Positions 25,649 to 35,181 of a stretch of DNA of 64,000 nucleotides are shown one piece after another. The notes beneath the pieces are model-generated. The model made no database searches. It saw nothing but the letters and a program-made list of their open reading frames with translations, and was not told the DNA's origin. The translations under genes were made by a program, and so were the position numbers. The stretch comes from an uncultured delta proteobacterium (lineage in GTDB: Bacteria > Desulfobacterota > Binatia > Binatales > Binataceae), in assembly GCA_963711565.1 (NCBI GenBank), contig CAVQEQ010000003.1, positions 736,001 to 800,000 of the forward strand, given 5' to 3'. Position 1 is the stretch's first letter; each line of letters begins with the position of its first letter.

Positions 25649-26305
25649 CTACTTCGAGATGGTCGATTTCTTGGCCGCATCGGTACCGAACTCCGACGGC
25701 TGCGACGCCCCCGCCGGATCGTCGTCGCCCTGCATGCTCGCGGGCGCTACGGCGCCACCCGGCCCTTCGCCGACGGTGCCAATCGTCACGTGCATCGCGT
25801 TGTAGCTGCGGATCACCTGGTCGGTGATATCGATATTCGGCGCGCCCCAGAGAATCGATCCCTTCTCGAACACCATCGTGTAGTTGTCGCGCTCGCCCAG
25901 CGTGCGGATGACTTGCGCGAGGTCGTGCACGATCTTCGCCGTGACCTCCTGGTCCTTCGCCTGCAACTCATCCTTCGAGTCCTTGTAGTCGCGCTCGAAG
26001 TCCTTGAGCTTTTCCATGTACTGGTCCTGCAGGGCCTGGCGCTGATCGGCGTTCATCAGCATGCCCTTTTTCTCCATCTCATCCTTGAGCGCCTGGACCT
26101 CGTTCTGCTGCCGCTGCAGGTGACCCTCGAGCGTAGTGACCTTGCCCTGGAAGTCGGCTTTGGCGCGCTTGCCGGCGTCGCATTCGTTCAGGGCCCGTTG
26201 CACATCGACATAGGCAAACTTGAACTCGGCGTGCGCGGGAACTGCCGCCAACGTCACCGCGAGGAACGCACCAAACATCGCACTAATGAACAACCGTTGC
26301 CTCAT
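25649..26305 (-). CDS. skp: OmpH/Skp periplasmic chaperone
   Basis: Signal peptide, KFAYVDVQRAL, coiled-coil body and DITDQVI; downstream of bamA. Confidence 0.9.
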   Translation of the reverse strand: MRQRLFISAMFGAFLAVTLAAVPAHAEFKFAYVDVQRALNECDAGKRAKADFQGKVTTLEGHLQRQQNEVQALKDEMEKKGMLMNADQRQALQDQYMEKLKDFERDYKDSKDELQAKDQEVTAKIVHDLAQVIRTLGERDNYTMVFEKGSILWGAPNIDITDQVIRSYNAMHVTIGTVGEGPGGAVAPASMQGDDDPAGASQPSEFGTDAAKKSTISK

Positions 26306-26483
26306 ACAGCCGGGAAACCCTCCTGTTGACTGACTACCTGAAACGGCGAAACACGTTCGCACGGGCGCGCCTCTGGTGCATCGGAAATATACACAATAGT
26401 ACCTCGTCGAGCATCAAATCCAGTTGCATTCGACCTGTCTCGCCGATGTTTGTCGAAAAATTCGTTTGAGCCGGTTCGCGAAG

Positions 26484-28913
26484 CTACAGCGGCGAGCCGG
26501 CGCCGACTTCAAACACGGTGCTCTGGTCGGCCGGCCGCGGGTTGATCGGAAAAGCGACATCCACCGCCAGCGGCCCGAATGGCGATTTCCAGCGGATGCC
26601 GATTCCAAACGACGCCTGCAGCTTGTCGATATCGATATTGTCCTTGAGCAGGAACGATTGGCCGGCGTCGCTGAACACCACCCCGCGAATACCCAGGCCC
26701 GACAAGATCGGGAACGTGATCTCGTTGCTCAGCAGCAATTCCTTGCTGCCGCCGACGTCCTGCACGCTCAGCGGGGTGCCGTTCTGGCTGAAGATCGTAA
26801 CCTGCGGCCCCAACGAATACAGCTGATAGCCGCGCACGTCGCCCGGTCCGCCGACACCGCCGGGGAAGAATCGCTCGTACAGCGGCAACTCGCCGCCGGT
26901 CCCGCTTTCGAGGTTGGTCCCGATACCGTAGGTGATGCCCTGCGACACCACGAACGTCCCCAGCGTCTGGCTCTTCAGGAACGGGTAGAAATATCTGAAA
27001 TGCGCGACGCCCTTGATGAACGAGTTGGTGCCGCCGAGTCCGCCGAACTGCAGGCTGAGAGTCTCGACCGTGCCGGTGCGCGGGTCGGTTGGATTGTCCA
27101 CCGTGAAGCGGCGAAACGTCGGCGTGAATTCGGAAGTCTGCGTGTAACCCTTGTAGCGCGCGATTTGATAAGTCGTGAACTGATTCAGCCCGGTGATGCC
27201 GATGCTCTGGTACGAGTAGCCCAGTCCCACCGTGATGTTTTTCAGCGAGAACGGCCCGAGTTTCTTGAAGCCGAGCTCAGTCAGCGGATAGCTCGTCGTC
27301 AAGGTGAAGCCGGCCGACGACTGGTTGAAGCTCAGCAGGTAGGTTTTGTTGTCGAACAACTGCACGCCCACCGACAGCGGAATATCCAGGAACCACGGCT
27401 CGGTGTAACTGATGCTGTAGTTCTGGAACAGAAATCCGACCTGCGCATTGGCGATGAGCGATTCGCCGCCGCCGAACAGGTTGGTGTTGCCCAGCGTGAA
27501 GTTACCGAACACCGATTGATAGCTGTCGAAGCCGCCCGCCACCGAGAACGTCGCGGTGTTCGCCTCGGTCACGTTAACGTCGAGGTCGATCTTGTCGGGC
27601 TGCGACGCCGGCGCGGTCGTGATGCGCGTGTCGCTGAAGAATCCCAGCCGTTGCAGCCGCGCCTGCGAATCGCGGATCTCCTCGGCGCTGTACGGCTCCT
27701 GCTCCTGCAGCTGGATCTCGCGGCGGATTACCTTGTCGGAGGTCTTGGTGTTGCCGCTGATATTGATGCGGTCGATCAGCACTTCGTGGCCGGGATTTAT
27801 CACGAACACCACGTTGACCCGCTTGACGGTGTGGACGAGCTGCGTGCGCGGATCGACGTTGACGTAAGCGTAGCCGCGGTTCGAGTAGAAATCCGACAGC
27901 GCCAGCACCTGCCGCTGCAACGACGAGCCGCGGAACAGTTGCCCGCTCTTCATCGTCAGCAGCTTGCGCAATTCCCGGCGCGGAAACTTCAGGTTGCCCT
28001 CGATGTCGATATGGCCGACCCGGTACGGCGTGCCCTCGTCGATCGTTATGACAATCGTAATATGGCCGCCGCTGCGCTGCACCGCCGGCGGCGCAATCTG
28101 CACGTTCAGGTAGCCGTTGTCGTAGTAAAACGCCGTCAGGCGATCGACGTCCTCCTGCAGTTTCTTCTGGTCGAGCGCGCCCCAGCCGGTGAGCCAGCTC
28201 AGGAGTTTGCTGTAGGTTTTCGTCTCCATGTTGCTCGCGAGCACCGAAGACGTAAACGCGTGGTTGCCGACGAAATCGATCTTGGTGATCTGGACCTTCG
28301 ATCCTTCCACCACGTCGAACTCGCCGAAGGCCGTGTTGTCGGGCTGCGGGATTGGCTTGAAGGTCACCTTGGCGTCGGTGTAGCCCGCGTCCGCGTAAAC
28401 TTGCGTGATGTTGTTGATCGTCTCCTTGACCGCGACCGGATCGAGAATCGTCCCCGGATGCAACTTCATCGCGGCGACTATCTTGTCGTCGTTCGAGCGG
28501 ATCGCCTTCATCCCGTACAGCTTGACGTCGGTAATCTGCGGGCGCTCCTTAACGTAATAGACCAGCACGCTCTGGCCGCCCTGCTGCACGACGTGCGCGC
28601 TTACATCCGAGAAGAAGCCGAGCCGATCAATCGACTTGATGTCGGCGTCGACCGCCGCCGTATCCAGCGGCTGGCCTACCTGTTGTGTGATGTGGATCCG
28701 AATCGCGTCTTCTTCGACGCGTTGATTGCCGACGATCTCAATCTTGGAGATTACCGGCGCCTGCGCGCGCGCGACCGATGCCGCGAAGATCGCGGCGAGC
28801 AAGATCGCCACTGTCAATGCACCGCCGGCGGGCAATAGTGCGCGCTTGGGACGGCGAAGCCCGCAAAATAGCGGCGCGCGCGACGGGCGCGCGTTGAATT
28901 TTCCGGATGTCAC
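26484..28913 (-). CDS. bamA: Outer membrane protein assembly factor BamA
   Basis: POTRA repeats (GNQRV, GNTKTSDKVIRRE), YTEPWF, VRGY and IRWKSPFGPL. Confidence 0.96.
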   Translation of the reverse strand: MTSGKFNARPSRAPLFCGLRRPKRALLPAGGALTVAILLAAIFAASVARAQAPVISKIEIVGNQRVEEDAIRIHITQQVGQPLDTAAVDADIKSIDRLGFFSDVSAHVVQQGGQSVLVYYVKERPQITDVKLYGMKAIRSNDDKIVAAMKLHPGTILDPVAVKETINNITQVYADAGYTDAKVTFKPIPQPDNTAFGEFDVVEGSKVQITKIDFVGNHAFTSSVLASNMETKTYSKLLSWLTGWGALDQKKLQEDVDRLTAFYYDNGYLNVQIAPPAVQRSGGHITIVITIDEGTPYRVGHIDIEGNLKFPRRELRKLLTMKSGQLFRGSSLQRQVLALSDFYSNRGYAYVNVDPRTQLVHTVKRVNVVFVINPGHEVLIDRINISGNTKTSDKVIRREIQLQEQEPYSAEEIRDSQARLQRLGFFSDTRITTAPASQPDKIDLDVNVTEANTATFSVAGGFDSYQSVFGNFTLGNTNLFGGGESLIANAQVGFLFQNYSISYTEPWFLDIPLSVGVQLFDNKTYLLSFNQSSAGFTLTTSYPLTELGFKKLGPFSLKNITVGLGYSYQSIGITGLNQFTTYQIARYKGYTQTSEFTPTFRRFTVDNPTDPRTGTVETLSLQFGGLGGTNSFIKGVAHFRYFYPFLKSQTLGTFVVSQGITYGIGTNLESGTGGELPLYERFFPGGVGGPGDVRGYQLYSLGPQVTIFSQNGTPLSVQDVGGSKELLLSNEITFPILSGLGIRGVVFSDAGQSFLLKDNIDIDKLQASFGIGIRWKSPFGPLAVDVAFPINPRPADQSTVFEVGAGSPL

Positions 28914-29050
28914 TCAAACACACTAAAAACGGCGACCAAACTAGCCAATCGTGTCCCCCATGTAAATGGAACTTCCGCCAGCGCCTAAATTGTTACGCAC
29001 AGGCGTCAGTAGACGCTGCGGAGTTCTTCGCGTCCGCTCTTAATCCCTAA

Positions 29051-29219
29051 CCTCTCCTTGTCCGAGGAGAGGTCGGCGTAAGCCGCGTGCAGCGCGGTGT
29101 CGCCGGGAGAGGTTCAACGCCAGACACTGCGCCCTCCCTAACTCAGCGTTGCGAGTCTGAAGGTCTTGCGGCGCCGGGCGTCGCACCTCTCCCTAACCCT
29201 CTCCTCGGACAAGGAGAGG
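29051..29219. repeat. Inverted pair of REP-like CCTCTCC...GGAGAGG palindromes
   Basis: CCTCTCCTTGTCCGAGGAGAGG (29051-29072) and its exact reverse complement CCTCTCCTCGGACAAGGAGAGG (29198-29219). Each copy is itself a hairpin. Confidence 0.8.
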
Positions 29220-29236
29220 GCACTGGATCCCAATCG

Positions 29237-29965
29237 TCACCGGCGCTCGTCTACCAGCTTTCCTTCATTCAGCCGCAGCGCGCGGCCGACGCTGCGGGTC
29301 AATTGCTCGTTATGCGTCGCGATCACCAGCGTGATTCCCAGCTCGCGATTGAGCTTGTGAAACAGCGCATGAACTTCTTCCGCCGTATGCGGATCGAGAT
29401 TGCCCGTGGGTTCGTCCGCCAGCAGCAGCTTTGGCCGTAGCACCACCGCGCGCGCCACGGCGACGCGTTGCTGCTCGCCACCGGACAGTTCCGCCAGGCG
29501 CTTGAGCTTGTCGCCAAGGCCCACCATTTCGAGCATCTCGGTCGCGCGCCGGCTCGCTTCAGCGTCGTCGATACGGCCGATCAGCGCCGGCATCATCACG
29601 TTCTCCAGCGCGGTAAAATCGGCCAGCAGGTAATGGAACTGGAAAACGAATCCCAGTTTCAGGTTGCGGAACTCGGCCAGCGATTTCTGATCGAGGGCGA
29701 ACAAATCTTCGCCTTCGAAATAGACTTTGCCCGCGGTCGGCTCTTCGAGGCTGCCGATTATATGCAGCAGGGTGGACTTGCCGGTGCCCGATTGGCCCAC
29801 CACCGCGATCTCCTCGCCCGCCTCGACGTTGAGGTCCAGATTGCGCAGCACACGAATCTCGCGATCGGCGTCGTAGAATGTCTTGTCCAGGCCGCGCACT
29901 TCGATAAGACGCCCGGTCGCGGTTTTCGGTTTCGCCTTCGATGCCGCGGCGCGCGCCTCACTCAT
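29237..29965 (-). CDS. lolD: Lipoprotein-releasing ABC transporter ATPase
   Basis: GQSGTGKST, LGFVFQFHYLL.DFTALENV, LSGGEQQR and ADEPTGNLD motifs. Confidence 0.93.
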   Translation of the reverse strand: MSEARAAASKAKPKTATGRLIEVRGLDKTFYDADREIRVLRNLDLNVEAGEEIAVVGQSGTGKSTLLHIIGSLEEPTAGKVYFEGEDLFALDQKSLAEFRNLKLGFVFQFHYLLADFTALENVMMPALIGRIDDAEASRRATEMLEMVGLGDKLKRLAELSGGEQQRVAVARAVVLRPKLLLADEPTGNLDPHTAEEVHALFHKLNRELGITLVIATHNEQLTRSVGRALRLNEGKLVDERR

Positions 29966-31238
29966 AGCGAATCACCTCGACCGGCGAGAGCCTTGCAGCT
30001 TGCAATGCGGGGTAAATTGCCGCTGCTAGGCACACCGTGATCGTTGCCACCGCGACCAGGATAAAGTTCCACGGATTCAGCTGCACCGGCACCGCGCTCA
30101 CCATGAACATGTCGGCCGGCAGATGAATCAACTGATACTTGCCGATGAGGAACACCGTCGCGAGCGCCGCGCTCTCGCCAATCAGCGTGCCGGCAACGCC
30201 CAGCGCCGCGCCCTGGGTCAGAAAGATCGATGCCACCGACGCCGCTCGCGCACCCATCGTGCGCACCATTGCGATCTCCTTGCGCCGCTCCATCACCATC
30301 ATCACCAGCGTTGCAATTATATTGAAAGCAGCCACCAGCACGATCAGCAGCAGCACCAGAAAGTAGGTCAAGTTCTCCAGCTTGAGCGCGGCGAATAGCG
30401 GCGCATTGGCTGTCGTCCAGTCCTTCACCTCGAAATCTGGTCCCGCCATCGCCGCGATCTTGTCGCGGACCGCGGGCGCGTCGAACATGTTGACCAGCCG
30501 CAATTCGAGTCCGCTCTCGAGCGACGAATCGTCGGCCAGCAGCGCGCGTCCGTCCTTCAAGGCGACAAACACCAGCGTCGAATCGAAGTCGTACATGCCG
30601 GAATGAAAGAATCCTGTCACCACGAATCGCTTGAGGCGCGGCGGCCCGATTCCTGCTCCCAGGCTGGCAGGCGAAATCAGTATCACCGCGTCGCCGGGCC
30701 GCACTCCCAGCTCGAACGCCAGTGACTTGCCGAGAATCGCGCCGGGTAGTTGGACGACTCGTTTGACGCCCTTATCGACGATTGTCACCGGATGTGTGGT
30801 CTCGAGATCCGCCAGCGTTCCGTTCTCGAGCGTGTCTTTCAATTCCTTCAGCACCGCATTGTCGTGCGGCTGGACCCCGCGGAGAATTCCGCCCGACACG
30901 AGACCCGGCGCGCCCGAGTCCGCGCTCGAGACCGCCATCACCTGCGAGGTGACGAACGGCGCCGCCGCCACCACTCCCGGCATCGCGGCGATCTTCTTTT
31001 CGAGCTCGCTCGGATTCCACACTCCGCCGTCGGTGCGTTCGACCGTTACCTGCGGCGTAAACGCGAGCAGCCGCCCGCGCAAATCTTTCTCGAACCCGCT
31101 CATCACCGACAACGCGACACACAAGGCGAACGTCCCGATCGCGATGCCGGCGAGTGAGATGATAGCGATCACGGATACGAATCGCTCGCGCCGGCGTGCC
31201 CGCAAATATCGGAGTCCAATCAGGAATTCGTAGCGCAA
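29958..31238 (-). CDS. lolE: Lipoprotein-releasing ABC transporter permease LolC/E
   Basis: IGLRYLRA, SVMSGF, GMYDFD, VAAFNI and YPALQAARLSPVEVIRYE; TTG start. Confidence 0.9.
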   Translation of the reverse strand: MRYEFLIGLRYLRARRRERFVSVIAIISLAGIAIGTFALCVALSVMSGFEKDLRGRLLAFTPQVTVERTDGGVWNPSELEKKIAAMPGVVAAAPFVTSQVMAVSSADSGAPGLVSGGILRGVQPHDNAVLKELKDTLENGTLADLETTHPVTIVDKGVKRVVQLPGAILGKSLAFELGVRPGDAVILISPASLGAGIGPPRLKRFVVTGFFHSGMYDFDSTLVFVALKDGRALLADDSSLESGLELRLVNMFDAPAVRDKIAAMAGPDFEVKDWTTANAPLFAALKLENLTYFLVLLLIVLVAAFNIIATLVMMVMERRKEIAMVRTMGARAASVASIFLTQGAALGVAGTLIGESAALATVFLIGKYQLIHLPADMFMVSAVPVQLNPWNFILVAVATITVCLAAAIYPALQAARLSPVEVIRYE

Positions 31239-31255
31239 CCCGTCACCCTTGCGTT

Positions 31256-31320
31256 CTTACCTCGCCCGTTTTACGGGAGAGGCGACCGGCCGCAACGCGG
31301 CCGGCAGGTGAGGGTTCCGC
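31256..31320. repeat. REP-like element (CCTCGCCCG...CGGGAGAGG family)
   Basis: cttacctcgcccgtt..acgggagagg...ccgg.agg.gagggttc, closely matching 59731-59800. Confidence 0.7.
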
Positions 31321-31440
31321 GGCCCCGGCGGCGATTGAAGCAACGAGCGGCCGTCGCACTTCTATTTTCCTGGATTGAATCAAATCGGGTTGGTGATCGT
31401 CATAGTCGCCGAGCACTGTGACATTTGCAACAATTGCGGG

Positions 31441-31470
31441 TTGCACACCGCGGCGGTCGTGAAATATGCT
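31441..31470 (+). promoter_or_regulatory. Possible sigma70 promoter of gspD
   Basis: TTGCAC-N18-TATGCT upstream of SD GGAGGA (31495) and ATG 31507. Confidence 0.35.
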
Positions 31471-31506
31471 CACGTCGCTTTGACCCGAAATTGCGGAGGA
31501 TGCTCG

Positions 31507-34221
31507 ATGAGCCGTTTTTTGCTTGGGGCGCTGACCGCCGCACTGCTGTTCTTATCCTCAAATAACTTCTCATCTTCCGCCTTCGCCGCAGATCCTGACG
31601 GGCTGCCTCCCCAGAATACCGTTACGATGAATTTCCAGAACGTGGATATTCCCGTTCTCGCCAAGTTCATCTCCGAGATCACCGGCCGTAACTTCATCAT
31701 CGACGAATCCGTGCGCGGCAAGGTTACGATCATCTCACCGAGCAAAGTCACTCCCGAGCAGGCCTACTCGATCTTTCAGTCCGTGCTCCAGGTAAAAGGC
31801 TTCACCACCGTCCAGGCCGGCAAGGTCATCAAAATCGAGCCCGCGCGCAACGTGCGCTCGAACGCCAAGCTTACCCAATCGCAGACTCCCGCCGAGTCCA
31901 GCGGCGACGAGTACGTCACGCGGATGGTGCGGCTCAAGAATATCGAAGCCGCTTCGGTTATAGGCGTCATCCAGCCGATGGTCTCGCACGACGGCCTGGT
32001 GGCGGCATTTCCCGGCGACAACACGATCATCGTCACCGACGACGCCTTCAACGTCGAGCGCTTGCTCCAGATAATCGGCGCGCTGGACGTGCGCGGCGAG
32101 CAGCAGTCAATCGTCGTGATTCCGCTCCGGCTCGCCTTCGCCACCGAACTGGCGCCCGAGATCGATCAGCTCATGGCGGCCAAGATGGGCGCCTCCAGCG
32201 GCAGCAGCCCCCAGATGATGCGGCCGCAAATGGGCGTCGCGACCTCCACCACCGGCCCCTCGATGGGTTACAAAGTCATCCCCGATGAACGCACCAATTG
32301 TCTCGTCGTGGCGGCGCCGCCGCTCCAGATGCGCGAGATCCAGGAGATTGTAGCGAAGCTCGACGTTAATCCTCCTCTGTCCACCTCCCGAATCCACGTC
32401 TACCGGCTCAAGAACGCGCAGGCGCTCGAGATGGTCCAGGTGCTCAACAACCTGCTTAACGGCGGCGGCGGTCCCTCTACACTATCGCCCACTACCGGCA
32501 AGGGCTCGCTGGGCCGATCGAGCTTCAACGACGCCGCTAGCGGACAAGGTGGCGGCTTCGGCGGGATGGGCAGCTCGGGCGGCGGCATGGGCGGAATGTC
32601 CAGTAGCGCCAGCTTCGGCGGTTCGATGAGCGGCGGCGGGGGCATGGGCGGCACCAACGGCTCCGGCGGCTTCGGCGGCGGTAGCAGCGGTGGCGGGATC
32701 AGCCGTGGCGGCGGATCCAACAACGGGCCAGCGTCGGCCAGCTCGCAAGGCAAGAGCATCGATTTCTCTTATCCAGTAAATATCACCGCCGACCCCGCGA
32801 CCAATGCGATGGTTATCAGCGCGTCGCCGCAGGATTGGCAGACCCTCAAGCAGATTATCGACGACCTCGACACCCCGCGCGTCCAGATTTTCGTCCAGGC
32901 CGTCATCGTCGAGGTCTCCGCCGAGCGCCAGCGCCAGTTGGGCGTCAATTTCTACTCCAACGGTGTCGGCGGCGGCAGCGTGTTCGGTGTCGGCGCGCTT
33001 AATTTCGGACAGCTCCAGAGTGCGATCTCCGACCCGCTGTCGGTCACCGGCCTTGGCCTCGGCCTCGCCGGCAACACCATGTGTACGGTTTCTGGCGCGG
33101 CTCTGGCCGCCGCGACCGCCGCCACCGGAACGACGACGACGACCACCACCACCGGCAACTTGAAAATCCCCTGCGACGTCGCGCTCATCATGGCGCTTGA
33201 GACCGACACTCACGCCGACGTGCTGTCCGCGCCCACGTTGCTTACGGCCGACAATGAAGAAGCAATGATCGTGGTCGGCGAGAATCTGCCCTTCGTCGGC
33301 TCGGCGTCGGCCAACGCCGGACTGCCGGGACAAATCTTCAACTCGGTCGAGCGCCAGAACGTCGGCATCACGCTCGATATCGTGCCGCAGGTGTCCGAGG
33401 GCGACTACGTCAAGCTCGACCTTTACGAAGAGGTTTCCAACGTCGTCAACGGCACCGCGAACAACACACTCGGCCCGACGACGACCATCCGGTCCGCCTC
33501 GACCAGCGTGCTGATCCAGAACCATCGCACCGCGGTCGTCGGCGGCCTGCTCGCCAGCCAGGACACGCTGGATAACCAGGGCGTTCCCTTCATCTCCGAC
33601 ATCCCGGTCATCGGGAACTTTTTCAGCAACAAGAGCACCGACAAGCAGAAGGACAACCTGATCGTCTTCCTGACTCCGCATATCATTCGCAACAAGAGCC
33701 AGCTGCGCGATCTCGCCCTCGACGAACGCCAGCAGTACGTGAACTCGCTCGGCCGCAAGGAAATCCACGACATGCCGGCCTCGCAGATTCGCCAGATCTA
33801 CAAGCCGAGCTTCTCGATTCCGGTGTCACCCGCGGCCGATCTGAATGCCCCCTACGGCGGTGCGGCCGCGCCTCCGGGTCCTGAAAATCCGGGCGCCGGA
33901 TACGAGTCCACGCCGTCAGGCGGCAACAGCGCCGATACTCCTTTCAACACCACCGAGATCGGCCCGACCTCGATGAACTCGACGGCGCCGTCCGCGACGG
34001 GCGGCGCGGCAAGTATCTCGCCACCCTACCCTGCGCCTCTGGGAAGATCCGGCAACGACTCGACGATATCGGCACCGACGGCGAGCGCGCCGCCGTACTC
34101 AGCGTCGGCGGCGCCGTACGCCAGCACGGGCGGCGGTACAGCAGTAACTCCGCTTGATTCCGGCGCCGGCAAAGTCACAACGGACTCGTCGAGCGGCGTA
34201 ACCCCGGCCATCGCGCCGTAG
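31507..34221 (+). CDS. gspD: Type II secretion secretin
   Basis: MNFQNVDI..LAKFISEITGRNFIID..V.G.VTI, N1-N3 repeats, RVQIFVQAVIVEV, NVGITL.I.PQV, VPFISDIPVIG and LIVFLTPHII. Confidence 0.93.
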   Translation: MSRFLLGALTAALLFLSSNNFSSSAFAADPDGLPPQNTVTMNFQNVDIPVLAKFISEITGRNFIIDESVRGKVTIISPSKVTPEQAYSIFQSVLQVKGFTTVQAGKVIKIEPARNVRSNAKLTQSQTPAESSGDEYVTRMVRLKNIEAASVIGVIQPMVSHDGLVAAFPGDNTIIVTDDAFNVERLLQIIGALDVRGEQQSIVVIPLRLAFATELAPEIDQLMAAKMGASSGSSPQMMRPQMGVATSTTGPSMGYKVIPDERTNCLVVAAPPLQMREIQEIVAKLDVNPPLSTSRIHVYRLKNAQALEMVQVLNNLLNGGGGPSTLSPTTGKGSLGRSSFNDAASGQGGGFGGMGSSGGGMGGMSSSASFGGSMSGGGGMGGTNGSGGFGGGSSGGGISRGGGSNNGPASASSQGKSIDFSYPVNITADPATNAMVISASPQDWQTLKQIIDDLDTPRVQIFVQAVIVEVSAERQRQLGVNFYSNGVGGGSVFGVGALNFGQLQSAISDPLSVTGLGLGLAGNTMCTVSGAALAAATAATGTTTTTTTTGNLKIPCDVALIMALETDTHADVLSAPTLLTADNEEAMIVVGENLPFVGSASANAGLPGQIFNSVERQNVGITLDIVPQVSEGDYVKLDLYEEVSNVVNGTANNTLGPTTTIRSASTSVLIQNHRTAVVGGLLASQDTLDNQGVPFISDIPVIGNFFSNKSTDKQKDNLIVFLTPHIIRNKSQLRDLALDERQQYVNSLGRKEIHDMPASQIRQIYKPSFSIPVSPAADLNAPYGGAAAPPGPENPGAGYESTPSGGNSADTPFNTTEIGPTSMNSTAPSATGGAASISPPYPAPLGRSGNDSTISAPTASAPPYSASAAPYASTGGGTAVTPLDSGAGKVTTDSSSGVTPAIAP

Positions 34222-34240
34222 CGTCCGGGCGGGTCGCGGG

Positions 34241-35179
34241 TCACCAGCCAGCAAGGGCCGCGATCAGAAATGCCGCGATCATCAGCAGCCCGAATTCCAT
34301 GTGGAGCTGGATCGATCGAAACAAACCGAGGTTGAGCTTCTTCGGATCGATCTCGCGGGTCATGATTCGAACCTGATCGAGCGCGCGCGGGATCGTGATA
34401 AACACCGCCAGCGCAAGCCACGGCATCGCGTGCGACAGAACCGCCACGATTATCGCCGCGTAAGCCGCAACGTCCAGCGCGATCAGTTCATAGTTCGCAC
34501 CCGCCCGCCCCAGCATCGTCGCGAGCGTCCGCTTGCCGTGGCGCGTGTCGCTTTCGATGTCGCGGATATTGTTGGCGTGCAATATTCCCGCGACCAGGAA
34601 TCCCAGCGGTATCGATGCCCATAGAGCCGACGCCGAAAATTGCATCGCCATGACGAAGTACGATCCGATCACGATCGCCGGCCCCATGAAAACGAACACG
34701 GTCAACTCGCCCAGCGCCACGTACGCGAGCGACACCGGGCTTGCGGTGTAAAAATAGCCGGCCGCGACGCTCGGGATTCCGATCGCGAGAATCGGCCACC
34801 CGCACAGATACACGAGGACCAGGCCAATCATCGCGCCAAGAGCAAACGCGGCGACTCCGCCGAACCACACCTGGTCCGCGCTCAGCAGGCCGCGCTGAAT
34901 CACCATGCTCGGCCCGAGCGATTGCTCGCTGTCGGCGCCGCTGCGGAAATCGTAGTAGTCGTTGATAAGATTGGTGCCGGCCTGAATCGCCATCGCTCCG
35001 ACCAGCGCAAGAATCATCCGCCCCAGCGAAAAAAATCCCGCCCGCGCGGCCACCGCAACTCCCAGCAGCACCGGAATCGCAGCCGCACTGAGCGAAGGCG
35101 CCCGAATCGCCTGAACCCAAACGGCTACAGCACCGGGCCGCGCCCCGCCACCATCCGTGATTGCGCCGGCTTCCGCCAC
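34241..35179 (-). CDS. menA: 1,4-dihydroxy-2-naphthoate prenyltransferase
   Basis: W.QAIR, NLINDYYD...GAD, LGE and ANNIRDIESD...GKRTLA (MenA/UBIAD1 motifs). Confidence 0.9.
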   Translation of the reverse strand: MAEAGAITDGGGARPGAVAVWVQAIRAPSLSAAAIPVLLGVAVAARAGFFSLGRMILALVGAMAIQAGTNLINDYYDFRSGADSEQSLGPSMVIQRGLLSADQVWFGGVAAFALGAMIGLVLVYLCGWPILAIGIPSVAAGYFYTASPVSLAYVALGELTVFVFMGPAIVIGSYFVMAMQFSASALWASIPLGFLVAGILHANNIRDIESDTRHGKRTLATMLGRAGANYELIALDVAAYAAIIVAVLSHAMPWLALAVFITIPRALDQVRIMTREIDPKKLNLGLFRSIQLHMEFGLLMIAAFLIAALAGW

Positions 35180-35181
35180 AG

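Noticed and set aside
26424-28838. 804-aa plus-strand ORF antisense to bamA (similar shadows over rel, gspD, the CoA-transferase and the sulfatase)
   Set aside because: Shadow ORFs are expected from high-GC codon bias; it has no motifs and fully overlaps a clear gene.
32460-32750. GGC-rich tandem DNA repeat / VNTR
   Set aside because: Explained by the Gly/Ser-coding loop of GspD; there is no exact repeat unit.
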